This document shows positions 1 to 9,054 of a stretch of 49,948 nt of DNA, in pieces. Source of the DNA: Candidatus Adlerbacteria bacterium (GTDB lineage: Bacteria; Patescibacteriota; Minisyncoccia; Phycocordibacterales; SBAW01); contig CAIUOD010000038.1 of the NCBI GenBank assembly GCA_903900775.1, positions 1 through 49,948 on the forward strand, given 5' to 3'. The translations under genes and the position numbers were made by a program. The notes under the pieces were generated by a model that worked only from the letters and a program-made list of their open reading frames with translations, was not told the origin of the DNA and did not search any database. How positions within the stretch are numbered: position 1 is the first letter of the stretch; each line of letters opens with the position of its first letter.

Positions 1-378
1 TTCAGCAAAGAGCTCGTGTATCACGAGCCGCTCGTAGGAACTCATCGGCTCAAGCTCGACATCGTGTTTAAAAAGCCGCGCGCGCTGCGCAAGCATGCGC
101 GCCTGCGCACGCACCCGCTCCATCTGTTCTTCGTGATAGCCATTTACATCAAGGAGGAATCCCGGCGTGTCTTCGCCAAATTTATTTTCGGCCAAGCGGC
201 GCAGAAGCGTGTTAAACGCGCGCAAATGCTCGCCGCGCGGGCCGATGAGCGCATTGGGGTCTTTGGTGGTGACGGCGATAACCGTGCGATGCCCGCTGGA
301 GAGATCGATGCTCTCCACTGAAGCACCAAAGGCCTCCAGAAGCTCGGTGGCTACTTTCTTGAGGAGTTCGGGATCCAT
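1..378 (-). CDS. jag: Jag/KhpB-type RNA-binding protein (KH + R3H domains); C-terminal end cut by the window edge
   Basis: Absent from the ORF track because it runs off the edge. Reverse-strand ATG at 376-378. Translation is MDPELLKKVATELLEAFG..LIGPRGEHLRAFNTLL (KH-like GxxG) ..MSSYERLVIHELFAE (R3H). It sits in the canonical position downstream of rnpA-yidC. Confidence 0.7.
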   Translation of the reverse strand, partial: MDPELLKKVATELLEAFGASVESIDLSSGHRTVIAVTTKDPNALIGPRGEHLRAFNTLLRRLAENKFGEDTPGFLLDVNGYHEEQMERVRAQARMLAQRARLFKHDVELEPMSSYERLVIHELFAE

Positions 379-438
379 CTACCCACAATACGCATCCTAA
401 GCCCTGCGCGCAACTTGACGAGAGCCCCGCGAGAAACC

Positions 439-1176
439 CTAATGGGCGGCCGTGACGCTCGTGCCTTTAATTTCGCGACGAATAAGCCACTCTTGCCCGA
501 GCGAAACAGCGCTCATGGTAAGTAAATAGAGGCCCATTGCCGAGGGGAAGGCGTAGGAAAGCGCCCCCATCATGGCTGGCATGACATAACGCATGAGTTG
601 CTGTTGCATCCGCATAGCAGCTTCTTTTTCTTTATTACCCACCCCGGGGGTAGGTTTACTTGCGCGCGCTAAAGAGAAAGAGATGACGCCGTATTGCAGG
701 ACGCCCACCAGAATCGCGAGGAATATATTGTGCGTGCCAAGCAAATTTAACACACCAAAAAAATTGGTAGCGACGTGTGCGGGAGCCGGGGTAAATGAGT
801 AGAGGAGGGTGGTCGCGATTTTCGGCAACCCCTCACGAAAGAAGGTGTACGAGAGCGCGAAGAATACTGGTAATTGAATCAGGAGTGCGAGAATACTGCC
901 AAAGGGGCGTATTTGGTGCTCCTTAAAAAGCGCCATGGTTCGTTTGGCTTTTTCATCCGGGTTATCTTTATATTTTTTGTTTATCTCATCAATCTCACCC
1001 TGGATACGTTGCATGCCCATCTGGGTGCGGATTGAGGCGCTGAACGCCGGGTAGAAAACCAGACGAATAATGAGTGTGAGCGCGATAATCGCCAAGCCCA
1101 CATCGCCGCCAGGCATAATGCCAATAAGCAAAACGAAGAGGTTGTAAATGGGTTGGACAAGAAAAGTTTGAAACAT
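439..1176 (-). CDS. yidC: membrane protein insertase YidC (short form, 245 aa)
   Basis: Polytopic membrane ORF with a YidC/Oxa1-like core (..MQRIQGEIDEINKKYKDNPDEKAKRTMALFKEHQIRPFGSILALLIQLPVFFAL..). Synteny is rpmH-rnpA-yidC-jag. Confidence 0.9.
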   Translation of the reverse strand: MFQTFLVQPIYNLFVLLIGIMPGGDVGLAIIALTLIIRLVFYPAFSASIRTQMGMQRIQGEIDEINKKYKDNPDEKAKRTMALFKEHQIRPFGSILALLIQLPVFFALSYTFFREGLPKIATTLLYSFTPAPAHVATNFFGVLNLLGTHNIFLAILVGVLQYGVISFSLARASKPTPGVGNKEKEAAMRMQQQLMRYVMPAMMGALSYAFPSAMGLYLLTMSAVSLGQEWLIRREIKGTSVTAAH

Positions 1177-1179
1177 GGA

Positions 1180-1506
1180 TTAGTGTGTGGGTGGAAATAT
1201 TTTTTTAGTAATCTCCACTATATCAGTTGCAAAAGCACGAGAGAGTGGCGGGGTGGGGACCTTCTGCACAAACACAACCAGATCACCATGCCCTGAGAGA
1301 GGGGAGAGTGCCTGGTAGAGCGCCCGGCGCAGACGATTGCGCGCCACCGCACTCCGGGCCACCTTCTTCGAGACGACCGCCGCCACACGCAGGGCCTCGG
1401 GGCCGGAGGCAAACTTAGCGGCGAGCACCCCCGACCGCAATGAGCGCCCCACAGAAAGTACCCGCCGGACATCCGAGGCATTCAGCCGGCGACGCTTGGG
1501 GAGCAT
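1180..1506 (-). CDS. rnpA: ribonuclease P protein component
   Basis: 108-aa basic protein (MLPKRRRLNASDVRRVL..VSKKVARSAVARNRLRRALYQAL). It lies immediately downstream of rpmH. Confidence 0.85.
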   Translation of the reverse strand: MLPKRRRLNASDVRRVLSVGRSLRSGVLAAKFASGPEALRVAAVVSKKVARSAVARNRLRRALYQALSPLSGHGDLVVFVQKVPTPPLSRAFATDIVEITKKIFPPTH

Positions 1507-1508
1507 GG

Positions 1509-1643
1509 TTAGGCCGAAAGCCGAGCGCGGCCTTTGTGTGCGCGACGAAGAAGCGTTTTGCGGCCCGCAGTAGTGCTTTTACGCTTTAAGAACCCGTGCG
1601 AGCGGGCGCGTTTGCGCTTTTTGGGTTTATACGTTTGCGACAT
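1509..1643 (-). CDS. rpmH: 50S ribosomal protein L34
   Basis: Below the ORF-track size cut-off. Reverse-strand translation is [44 protein letters not shown] (44 aa), a typical L34. The stop TAA is complementary to 1509-1511. Confidence 0.9.
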   Translation of the reverse strand: MSQTYKPKKRKRARSHGFLKRKSTTAGRKTLLRRAHKGRARLSA

Positions 1644-1657
1644 GGGTACACTTTAGC

Positions 1658-1677
1658 GTATCCACAGGTTCTCCACA
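1658..1677 (+). promoter_or_regulatory. two tandem DnaA-box-like 9-mers in the rpmH-dnaA intergenic region
   Basis: gTATCCACA (1658-1666) and TTcTCCACA (1669-1677) each match the TTATCCACA consensus at 8 of 9 positions. They lie about 70 nt upstream of the dnaA start. Confidence 0.5.
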
Positions 1678-1742
1678 AGCTGTACACAGGGTTGTCTCTT
1701 TTGACGGGGCACCCGTACTCCCGTATCCTGGGGGAGACCACC

Positions 1743-3089
1743 ATGACTACTACTAAAGAACTCTGGGAAAACGCACTGGTAGAACTTGAGCTCAGTATTT
1801 CAAAACCGAATTTTAATACGTGGTTTAAAGACACTCATATTGTTCGCATTGAGGATGGCACCATATCGCTCGGCGTCCCTTCGCAGTTTGCTCGCGACTG
1901 GCTCTCAACGAAGTTTCACAAAGATATTGTGCGCTCACTGCGCGGGCTCTCCGACTCGGTGCGCGCGGTCGAGTATGTCATCTCGCGTGGCCCGCGGCGC
2001 GGAGCAGAGGAAGCGCGTGTAGTACCCGCCGCACCTTCAGAGCTGCCTCTTGAGAGCGTGCATGCCAAATCCAACCTTAATCCGCGATTCACGTTTTCTA
2101 ACTTAGTCGTCGGGCCTTTTAATGAGCTCGCCCACGCCGCCGCACAAGCGGTCATCCGCCGCCCAGGTGGCGCCTATAACCCACTCCTCGTCTATGGCCC
2201 GACCGGTTTAGGTAAAACGCATTTAGTCCAAGCTATTGGCAACCACTTCCGCATCAACGCACCCGAGCGCAAAGTTTTTTACTGCACATCGGAGAAATTC
2301 TCGATGGATTATGTTTCGGCATTACAAGGTGGGGGAGAAAAAATCCAACACTTTAAAGAAAAATACCGCCAGTACGATCTCCTCATTATGGACGACGTGC
2401 AGTTTCTTGCTGGGCGCGAAAAAATTAAAGAAGAATTCTTCCACCTTTTTAATTTCCTCCACGACAGCAACAAGCAGCTGGTTTTTTCCTGCGACCAGCA
2501 CCCCAATGTTATCCAAAACCTCGAAGACCGCATTAAAAGCCGTTTCGCGGGCGGCATGATAATCTCGGTGACCCCGCCCGACCACGAGTCGCGCCTCGCT
2601 ATTGTGCGCTCTAAAGCGGCCATGCATAACGTTATATTCCCCGACGAGGTGCTCGAGTATCTTGCTTCAACTATTGAGGGTAATGTGCGCGAACTTGAGG
2701 GTGCGCTTAATTTACTCCTTATCCAGCTCGATGCGCGCGGCGAGTCGCTCACGGTTAATGACGCGCGAGCACTCTTACGTAGTGCGGGTGGTGCGAATAA
2801 AAAATCAATCTCTATTCCCGAGGTGGTAAAGACGGTGGCACATTTTTATGGCATCCCCGAAGAAAGTATTTATGAGAAAACCCGCCGCAAAGAGGTGGTG
2901 CGACCCCGGCAAATCATTATGTTTCTTCTGCGTGAGGATTTTAAAATATCGTTCCCCACCATTGGCGAAAAACTTGGCGGGCGCGACCACACCACCGTCA
3001 TACACTCATGCGATAAAATCCGCGGTGATGTGCTTAATGATAGTGTCCTCAACCAAGATCTCCACCAAATCCGCCTCATGTTGAAGTGA
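1743..3089 (+). CDS. dnaA: chromosomal replication initiator protein DnaA
   Basis: MTTTKELWENALVELE.. N-terminus, AAA+ Walker A GPTGLGKTHL, Walker B LLIMDDVQF, and a C-terminal DNA-binding domain (..FPTIGEKLGGRDHTTVIHSCDKI). The start was moved from the ORF-track 1596 to the ATG at 1743, because the extension overlaps rpmH and the DnaA boxes. Confidence 0.95.
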   Translation: MTTTKELWENALVELELSISKPNFNTWFKDTHIVRIEDGTISLGVPSQFARDWLSTKFHKDIVRSLRGLSDSVRAVEYVISRGPRRGAEEARVVPAAPSELPLESVHAKSNLNPRFTFSNLVVGPFNELAHAAAQAVIRRPGGAYNPLLVYGPTGLGKTHLVQAIGNHFRINAPERKVFYCTSEKFSMDYVSALQGGGEKIQHFKEKYRQYDLLIMDDVQFLAGREKIKEEFFHLFNFLHDSNKQLVFSCDQHPNVIQNLEDRIKSRFAGGMIISVTPPDHESRLAIVRSKAAMHNVIFPDEVLEYLASTIEGNVRELEGALNLLLIQLDARGESLTVNDARALLRSAGGANKKSISIPEVVKTVAHFYGIPEESIYEKTRRKEVVRPRQIIMFLLREDFKISFPTIGEKLGGRDHTTVIHSCDKIRGDVLNDSVLNQDLHQIRLMLK

Positions 3090-3289
3090 GGGGATAAGAA
3101 GGGGATAGTGGGTGAAGGAAAGGTGAAGAAAGTTCTTATGAGCGGACCGAAAAAAGTTATCAACAAAACTACACCACCAAACACCATAAAACCAGAAACA
3201 AAAAGGGGAAGGAAAAGGCTCGTAACATGAACAGAAAATGAAGTTATTCGAGTAATCCACAAGGCTAATAGTAATAATAAGATTTAAAT
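3090..3289. promoter_or_regulatory. candidate oriC segment in the dnaA-dnaN spacer
   Basis: 200-bp non-coding spacer with TTATCaACA (3157-3165) and TaATCCACA (3253-3261). It also has purine-rich tracts and an AT-rich stretch (3262-3289) directly upstream of dnaN. Confidence 0.4.
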
Positions 3290-4387
3290 ATGAAATTTGA
3301 GACCAATATAGAACAACTCCGAAGTGCTTCAGGAATTTCAGCACGCTTCGCAGAACGAAGAGCGAATTTACCAGTCCTAGGGAGTATTTTAATTGCAGCT
3401 GAAGGTGGGCGTTTAGTATTGCGTGCGACTAATCTGGAATGTGGCGTCGAGATTTCGGTGCCGGCTAAAATTGGGGTGGAGGGTGTTGTGGCGGTCCCCG
3501 CGCCTATTTTTGCTGGATTTTTAAATAGTGCGCACGGTAAAAACATTTCAGCGGTACTTGAGGGTGGTGTTCTTTTGTTAAAAACAGAGCGCGCCGCCGC
3601 TTCAATAAAAACAATTCCCCACGATGATTTTCCCAACCTACCTCGTGTTTCGGCCGAGCGATCGTTCTCAATAAAAGCGGCTGACTTACAACGAGTTCTG
3701 CGGAGTGTGGTGCAGTGTGCTTCAACTTCAACGGTTAAGCCCGAGCTTCAGAGTGTTTTGTTGTTTGGGGATGTGGGTAAGCTCGTTGCGGCAGCAACAG
3801 ACTCCTTCCGTCTCGCAGAAAAAAGCGTCCCACGTCGTGGGAGCTCGGTGGTGTCACCCCTCCTTCTCCCCGCACGCAATGCGGCAGAACTCCTACGGCT
3901 CCTGGAAGGGGTTAAGGGCGATGTAGAACTCTACTACAACGACAACCAGCTTTCCGCGCAGCTCGAAGATATTTACTACACCAGCCGGCTTATTGACGGC
4001 GCCTTTCCGAATTATCAACAAATTGTCCCTAAGACGTTTGCTACCGAGGCGGTGGTCTTGCGCGAGGATTTTTCTTCGGCGCTCAAATCACTCGCCATAT
4101 TTTCCGATAAGTTTTTACAAGTTTCGCTCGCGGTTGAGCCGAGTAAAAAAGCACTCCTCCTCTCGGCGCGCAACCCCGACGTGGGTGAGCAGACGAGCAC
4201 CGTGGTAGCGACTATCCAAGGCGAGGCGGTCGCGCTCTCGTTTAATAATCGCTATCTTGCCGACGGCCTCTCCTCGATTGTGGGGGAGAGTGTGCGGCTC
4301 TACTCCAACGGTCCCGGTAAAGCGCTCCTCATTAAAGACGCAGCCGACGAAAGTTTTTTCTACCTCGCAATGCCCATGAACCGGTAG
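3290..4387 (+). CDS. dnaN: DNA polymerase III beta sliding clamp
   Basis: 365 aa with typical DnaN blocks (..LLLPARNAAELLRLL.., ..YTSRLIDGAFPNYQQIVP.., C-terminal ..FFYLAMPMNR). It follows dnaA. Confidence 0.9.
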   Translation: MKFETNIEQLRSASGISARFAERRANLPVLGSILIAAEGGRLVLRATNLECGVEISVPAKIGVEGVVAVPAPIFAGFLNSAHGKNISAVLEGGVLLLKTERAAASIKTIPHDDFPNLPRVSAERSFSIKAADLQRVLRSVVQCASTSTVKPELQSVLLFGDVGKLVAAATDSFRLAEKSVPRRGSSVVSPLLLPARNAAELLRLLEGVKGDVELYYNDNQLSAQLEDIYYTSRLIDGAFPNYQQIVPKTFATEAVVLREDFSSALKSLAIFSDKFLQVSLAVEPSKKALLLSARNPDVGEQTSTVVATIQGEAVALSFNNRYLADGLSSIVGESVRLYSNGPGKALLIKDAADESFFYLAMPMNR

Positions 4388-4398
4388 AGAATTACTTT

Positions 4399-6498
4399 CT
4401 ATTTATATCCATGTTGTTCGCCCCAGAGTTTGACACCGTAGTCCCAATAACTGAATTGCGAATCGGAGGCGGGGTTTGAAGGGGTGGGGCCTTGGGGATT
4501 ATTTTTATCAACCCAATAGAGAATGTCGTGGAGCGCGCCATCGGCGCCAGGGTTTTGCCACACCCCATGCATGACGGGTTTCATTTGGCTCTCGTCCACC
4601 TCGGTGCGGGTAAAGGTCGCTGTGGGGGTGTTGGCGAGCGCATACTGCATAAATTCGTTCCACATGGGGCCCACAATAAATCCGGACACTTTGTGGACCA
4701 TCGGCGTATTGTCGTTGTTGCCGACCCACTGGCCGACCACCAGGTTGGGGGTGTAGCCGATAGTCCAGGCGTCGCGGTAATTGTTGGTGGTGCCGGTTTT
4801 GACCGCCACATCGCGGCCGGGGAAGGAGAGTAGATCGTTCTCACCGAGCGGCGCGCGCGCGATAGGGTCGGAGAGAACATCGTTTATTTCTTGTGCAATG
4901 TTTGCGGGTAGAACCTGGGATCCCGTGGGCTGTGAATTGTCCTCGATAACCTTACCGGTATTGTCGGTGATTTTGAGGATGGGGGTAGGTGGGTAACGCA
5001 TGCCGTCGGTAGCAAAAACGCCGTAGGCGCTCGTTATGTCGAGCAGTGATACTTCGCCACCGCCGAGCACCAACGTGAGCCCATACTGGGCTTGGTCGCC
5101 TTCAAGGTTTACGCCAAGCGATTTAGCGAGCATGAGGGTGTCGTTGATCCCGGCCACATAGAGCACTTTAACCGAGGGCACGTTGATTGACTGAGCGATA
5201 GCGTCACGCATGGTCATAGGTCCGCGGAATTTGTTGTCATAGTTCTGGGGTGCGTAGCAGGGCGGGGTGTCGTTCTGGGTGTCCCAAGGCGAACAGGAGG
5301 TTGAGAATTGGGTGGGGACGTCATAGACCACGGTGTCGGGGGTATAGCCCTTCTCAAAGGCTTCAGCATAAGCAAAGGGTTTAAAGGTCGAGCCTGGCTG
5401 GCGAGGGGCGAGCGTAATATTAAAGTTGCCGTCAATCGAGGTGTCGAAATAGTTACGCGAGCCGACCATGACAAGGATCTGCCCGTTGGTGGGGTCAAGC
5501 GCGATCATGCCAGTGTTGGAGGCATTAAACTGCGACTCCTGGGTCGCGGCGTGGCCTTGCACGTCTTCCTCTGCTTTGGTTTGAAGGTTGGCATCCAAAG
5601 AGGTGACAACGCTCCAGCCGCCCTGCTCGAGCGCGTCTTGGCCATATTTATTTTGCAAATATTGTTCGACGTAAAAAACGAAGTGCGGCGCAACAATTGA
5701 CGAAGTGGCGGGCGCAAACGTCACCTGCGCCACTTTGGCGTTCGCCTCTTGGTCGGCGGTGATGTAGCCATACTGATACATTTTATCGAGCACGATGTTT
5801 TTACGCGCGTCGAGCGCGGCTTTGTGGGTGCCATAAGGCGAGTAGTAGGTGGGGGCAGGGAGCATGGCGGCAAGGTAAGCGGCCTCGGCGATAGAGTCAT
5901 CACTCGCGTGTTTATTAAAGAAAGTTTCCGAGGCCGCCTCAACACCATAGAGGTTGCCGCCATAGGGCGCTTGGTTGAGATAGAGCTCGAGTATTTTGTC
6001 TTTGCTAAGTGTTCGGGTCAGTTTAAGCGCCAAGACCCACTCCTTAAGTTTCCGGGTAAAAGTTTTATCATTGTTGAGGATGGTGTTTTTCACCACCTGC
6101 TGGGTCAAGGTCGAGCCGCCTTGTGAGAGGCCGCCAGAGGTGATGTCGACCCAAATAGCGCGCAGGATAGCGGTCGGTTCAATGCCGATGTCGTGATAGA
6201 AGTTCGGGTTTTCTATTGCGAGGGTTGCGTCTTGAACATTGGTGGAGATTTGGTTGAGCGGCACAATGGTGCGCTGGGTGCTGTTGTTGAGGTCGTAAAG
6301 TAGCACGGTACCGGTGCGGTCATAGAGCTTGAGCGATTGGTCAACACGGCGGGTCTCAATTGAGGAGAGGTCGGGCGCCGGGAGCGTCGCCGCCCATATA
6401 ATCGCGCCTCCAACAAGGAGGAGAAAAAGCCCGGCGCACCACAACAAGACGGCGCGCCAGTGAGCGCGCAGAAAACTACGGCCCCTCGAGCGGTTCAT
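4399..6498 (-). CDS. bifunctional class A penicillin-binding protein (PBP1A family: glycosyltransferase + transpeptidase)
   Basis: N-terminal TM segment. GT51 motifs IENPNFYHDIG and GGSTLTQQ are present. Transpeptidase motifs are STFK (SxxK) and KTGTT. Confidence 0.9.
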   Translation of the reverse strand: MNRSRGRSFLRAHWRAVLLWCAGLFLLLVGGAIIWAATLPAPDLSSIETRRVDQSLKLYDRTGTVLLYDLNNSTQRTIVPLNQISTNVQDATLAIENPNFYHDIGIEPTAILRAIWVDITSGGLSQGGSTLTQQVVKNTILNNDKTFTRKLKEWVLALKLTRTLSKDKILELYLNQAPYGGNLYGVEAASETFFNKHASDDSIAEAAYLAAMLPAPTYYSPYGTHKAALDARKNIVLDKMYQYGYITADQEANAKVAQVTFAPATSSIVAPHFVFYVEQYLQNKYGQDALEQGGWSVVTSLDANLQTKAEEDVQGHAATQESQFNASNTGMIALDPTNGQILVMVGSRNYFDTSIDGNFNITLAPRQPGSTFKPFAYAEAFEKGYTPDTVVYDVPTQFSTSCSPWDTQNDTPPCYAPQNYDNKFRGPMTMRDAIAQSINVPSVKVLYVAGINDTLMLAKSLGVNLEGDQAQYGLTLVLGGGEVSLLDITSAYGVFATDGMRYPPTPILKITDNTGKVIEDNSQPTGSQVLPANIAQEINDVLSDPIARAPLGENDLLSFPGRDVAVKTGTTNNYRDAWTIGYTPNLVVGQWVGNNDNTPMVHKVSGFIVGPMWNEFMQYALANTPTATFTRTEVDESQMKPVMHGVWQNPGADGALHDILYWVDKNNPQGPTPSNPASDSQFSYWDYGVKLWGEQHGYK

Positions 6499-6542
6499 GA
6501 GGGCTATTCTACCACGCGTGCGGCTGTGCTACAGTATTTTGT

Positions 6543-7742
6543 ATGAACGCGACCCCTATTTCAACCGACGAGAAGGCAATAGATGAATTGCTCACCCGGG
6601 GAGTGTCTGAAGTGATTGTCAAAGATGATTTGCATAAAAAACTGCTTTCGGGGCGACAGTTGCGCGTGAAGCTTGGTATTGACCCTACTTCGCCTGACCT
6701 TCATCTGGGCCGAGCGGTGCCGCTACTCAAACTCCGCGATTTTCAAAACCTCGGGCACCAGGTCGTTTTTATTGTAGGCGACTTCACGGCGGTTATCGGT
6801 GACACTTCCGACAAAGAGGCCGAGCGCCCGATGCTCGCGAAGGAGGTTATAGAAAAAAATAAAGAGCACTACTTTGAGCAGGCGGGTAAAATCCTTGACC
6901 TCTCACGGGTCGAGATGCGCTACAACAGCGAATGGTTATCACCTTTAACCTACCGAGAGATTGGCGAGCACGCTGACCTTTTCTCGGTTGCCGATTTTAT
7001 TGCACGCGAAAATATTGCCAAGCGCCTCACCGCAGGGAAGCGGGTTTCTCTACGAGAACTGCTCTACCCGCTCATGCAGGGCTACGATAGTGTCATGGTT
7101 GAGGCCGATGTCGAGCTTGGCGGTACCGATCAAAAGTTCAATGTCCTGGCTGGCCGCCCCCTACAGCAGCATTTTAATCAAGAACCGCAGAATGTGGTGC
7201 TGGGGCCACTCATCGACGGCCTCGACGGAGCCAAAATGAGCTCGAGCCGCGGCAACACCATCGCGCTCACGGCCGAGCCGAGCTATATGTATGGCCAAGT
7301 GATGAGCATGAACGACGCGTTGGTGGTTAATTATTTTGAAGTATGCACGCGCTTGCCCATGAGTGAAGTTGAAGAAATCAAAAACGCGCTCGCTGGCGGT
7401 GCCCTACATCCCAAAGATGCCAAAATGCGCTTAGCTCGTGAGATTGTCGCGATGTATCACCGTAAAGAAGCGGCACAAAAAGCCGAAGAAGACTGGACTA
7501 AAACTTTTAGCGAGGGCGGCGTGCCGGAGAGTGTTGACCAAATGTCTATCCAGCGGGGCGGCACTTACGCCATGGCGTTAGAAAGCCTCGGTGAGTCAAA
7601 GAGCGAGTTGCGTCGCCTCGCAGAGGCGGGGGCCATTTCGGAAGTTAGCGGTGAAAAAATAATAGATCTCAACAAATCAATTGAGCGGGATATAGTATTG
7701 CGCATCGGCAAGCACCGCTTTTTAAAGATTGTCGTCAAATAA
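6543..7742 (+). CDS. tyrS: tyrosyl-tRNA synthetase
   Basis: Class I signature DPTSPDLHLGR (HIGH variant HLGR), GGTDQKFN, KMSSS (KMSKS-like) and a C-terminal S4-like domain. Confidence 0.9.
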   Translation: MNATPISTDEKAIDELLTRGVSEVIVKDDLHKKLLSGRQLRVKLGIDPTSPDLHLGRAVPLLKLRDFQNLGHQVVFIVGDFTAVIGDTSDKEAERPMLAKEVIEKNKEHYFEQAGKILDLSRVEMRYNSEWLSPLTYREIGEHADLFSVADFIARENIAKRLTAGKRVSLRELLYPLMQGYDSVMVEADVELGGTDQKFNVLAGRPLQQHFNQEPQNVVLGPLIDGLDGAKMSSSRGNTIALTAEPSYMYGQVMSMNDALVVNYFEVCTRLPMSEVEEIKNALAGGALHPKDAKMRLAREIVAMYHRKEAAQKAEEDWTKTFSEGGVPESVDQMSIQRGGTYAMALESLGESKSELRRLAEAGAISEVSGEKIIDLNKSIERDIVLRIGKHRFLKIVVK

Positions 7743-7747
7743 AAAAA

Positions 7748-7771
7748 CCCGCCTCGCTGGCGGGATTTTTT
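7748..7771 (+). terminator. rho-independent terminator, probably bidirectional (tyrS on +, ruvC unit on -)
   Basis: Stem cccgcc/ggcggg with loop tcgct. It is flanked by an A-run upstream and a T-run downstream. Confidence 0.7.
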
Positions 7772-7772
7772 A

Positions 7773-7892
7773 TTATAGTTCTTCTTCGTCTGGCTCGGCT
7801 TCCTCTTCAGGCTCTTCCTCTTCCTCCTCTTCAGGTGAGTCTATCGCCCCGTCGTCGTCGAGCAGATTTTCTTCCAAAAACTCATCGCGCAT
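7773..7892 (-). CDS. possible 39-aa highly acidic peptide
   Basis: Reverse-strand ORF MRDEFLEENLLDDDGAIDSPEEEEEEEPEEEAEPDEEEL. It lies between ruvC and the terminator. It is low-complexity, so coding status is uncertain. Confidence 0.25.
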   Translation of the reverse strand: MRDEFLEENLLDDDGAIDSPEEEEEEEPEEEAEPDEEEL

Positions 7893-7978
7893 ACTGCTTT
7901 GTTATTACCGATTAATATAATTTATGCTCGTAACACTCGAGTTGTACCAAACCTATTAATCTTTGCAACTCCACCTTG

Positions 7979-8485
7979 CTAGCTCTGTGGATAAATGCGC
8001 AGCGATGCCAGGCAGGTGAGCCCGACCGCGATGGCATCCATTTCGTCGTCCAGCCGCTTTTTTACTCCCACCTTTGCGGCTGGCAAGGCCACTAGATGCG
8101 GCACCATGGCCGCCACGGCATGCTTGTCGCTCTGGCCATAACCAGTGACGGCTATTTTGACCTGGAGCGGTGTGTAGTGATGGACGGGCAAACCTTTCGC
8201 GGCGGCGAGATAGATAAGCATGCCGCGCACCTCGGCAACCTGCATCGCTGTTTTTACATTTTTAGCAAAATACAAATCCTCAAGCGCGACTGCCTCCGGC
8301 TTCCATTTTTTTAAAAGCTTTTCTACCTCGCGCCCAAGCGAGGCCAAACGCTCGGGGAAGGGGAGCACGGCGTCCGAGCGCAGGCAGGCAGAATACAAAA
8401 GTATGTCTGTACCTTTAACCTTCTCCACCACTGCGGCGCCGAGCCGCTCAAACCCTGGGTCAAAAGCTAAAACGCGCATACTCAA
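7979..8485 (-). CDS. ruvC: crossover junction endodeoxyribonuclease RuvC
   Basis: MRVLAFDPGFERLGAAVVE.. RNase H-fold N-terminus, 168 aa. It overlaps the yebC stop by 4 nt. Confidence 0.9.
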   Translation of the reverse strand: MSMRVLAFDPGFERLGAAVVEKVKGTDILLYSACLRSDAVLPFPERLASLGREVEKLLKKWKPEAVALEDLYFAKNVKTAMQVAEVRGMLIYLAAAKGLPVHHYTPLQVKIAVTGYGQSDKHAVAAMVPHLVALPAAKVGVKKRLDDEMDAIAVGLTCLASLRIYPQS

Positions 8486-9012
8486 GCGGCGTTGGTGTAG
8501 ACCTCGCTCACGTCGTCGTGCTCCTCGAGCTCGTCAATAAGCTGTGCGAGTTTCTCCAAATCTTCGTCGGGTAATTCAATCGGCGACTGTGCCTCAAGCT
8601 TGCCCTCGGTATTTTTCTGGAATGCCCACAGAGCCGAGCCAGGTGCCGCCAAGCTGCCGCCATTATGACTCAAGATAAACTTAATTTCTTGCGCGGTGCG
8701 ATTGCGGTTGTCGGTATAGCCCTCGACGATAATCGCCGCGCCGCCCGGGCCGTAGCACTCATAGACAACCTGCTCAAGTTCCTCGCTGGAAGCCGAGGCC
8801 TTGGTGATGGCGCGCTCGATGTTGTCGGCTGGCATGTTCTCGGCGCGCGCCTTCTCAATCGCCACGCGCAAACCCGGTGCGTTTTTGTCGCCCTTGGCTT
8901 TTTTGGCCTCGACGGTAATAAAGCGCACCAATTTTGAAAACACCTTGCTCTTGCGCGCGTCGGTGCTCGCTTTTTGGTGTTTAATTTTGCTCCATTTATT
9001 GTGGCCGGACAT
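8482..9012 (-). CDS. yebC: YebC/PmpR family DNA-binding regulator, shortened (176 aa)
   Basis: MSGHNKWSKIKHQKASTDARKSKVFSKL.. and ..ECYGPGGAAIIVEGYTDNRNRT.. are canonical YebC blocks. About 65 aa of the usual middle/C-terminal subdomain are missing. Confidence 0.85.
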   Translation of the reverse strand: MSGHNKWSKIKHQKASTDARKSKVFSKLVRFITVEAKKAKGDKNAPGLRVAIEKARAENMPADNIERAITKASASSEELEQVVYECYGPGGAAIIVEGYTDNRNRTAQEIKFILSHNGGSLAAPGSALWAFQKNTEGKLEAQSPIELPDEDLEKLAQLIDELEEHDDVSEVYTNAA

Positions 9013-9054
9013 ATACCGAAACTATACTCGCGAGTTTGAAAAAGGAAAGAGCCC

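Noticed and set aside
1596-1742. 49-codon N-terminal extension of the dnaA ORF given by the ORF track
   Set aside because: It overlaps rpmH on the opposite strand and runs through the DnaA boxes. The conserved DnaA N-terminus (MTTTKELWENAL..) begins at the ATG at 1743.
6499-6542. T-box or other riboswitch leaders upstream of tyrS, argS and ileS
   Set aside because: The upstream spacers are only about 44, 18 and 30 nt, far too short for a T-box.
7729-7920. 63-aa Ser-rich plus-strand ORF
   Set aside because: It crosses the tyrS terminator hairpin and is the low-complexity mirror of the acidic minus-strand ORF. There is no start context.
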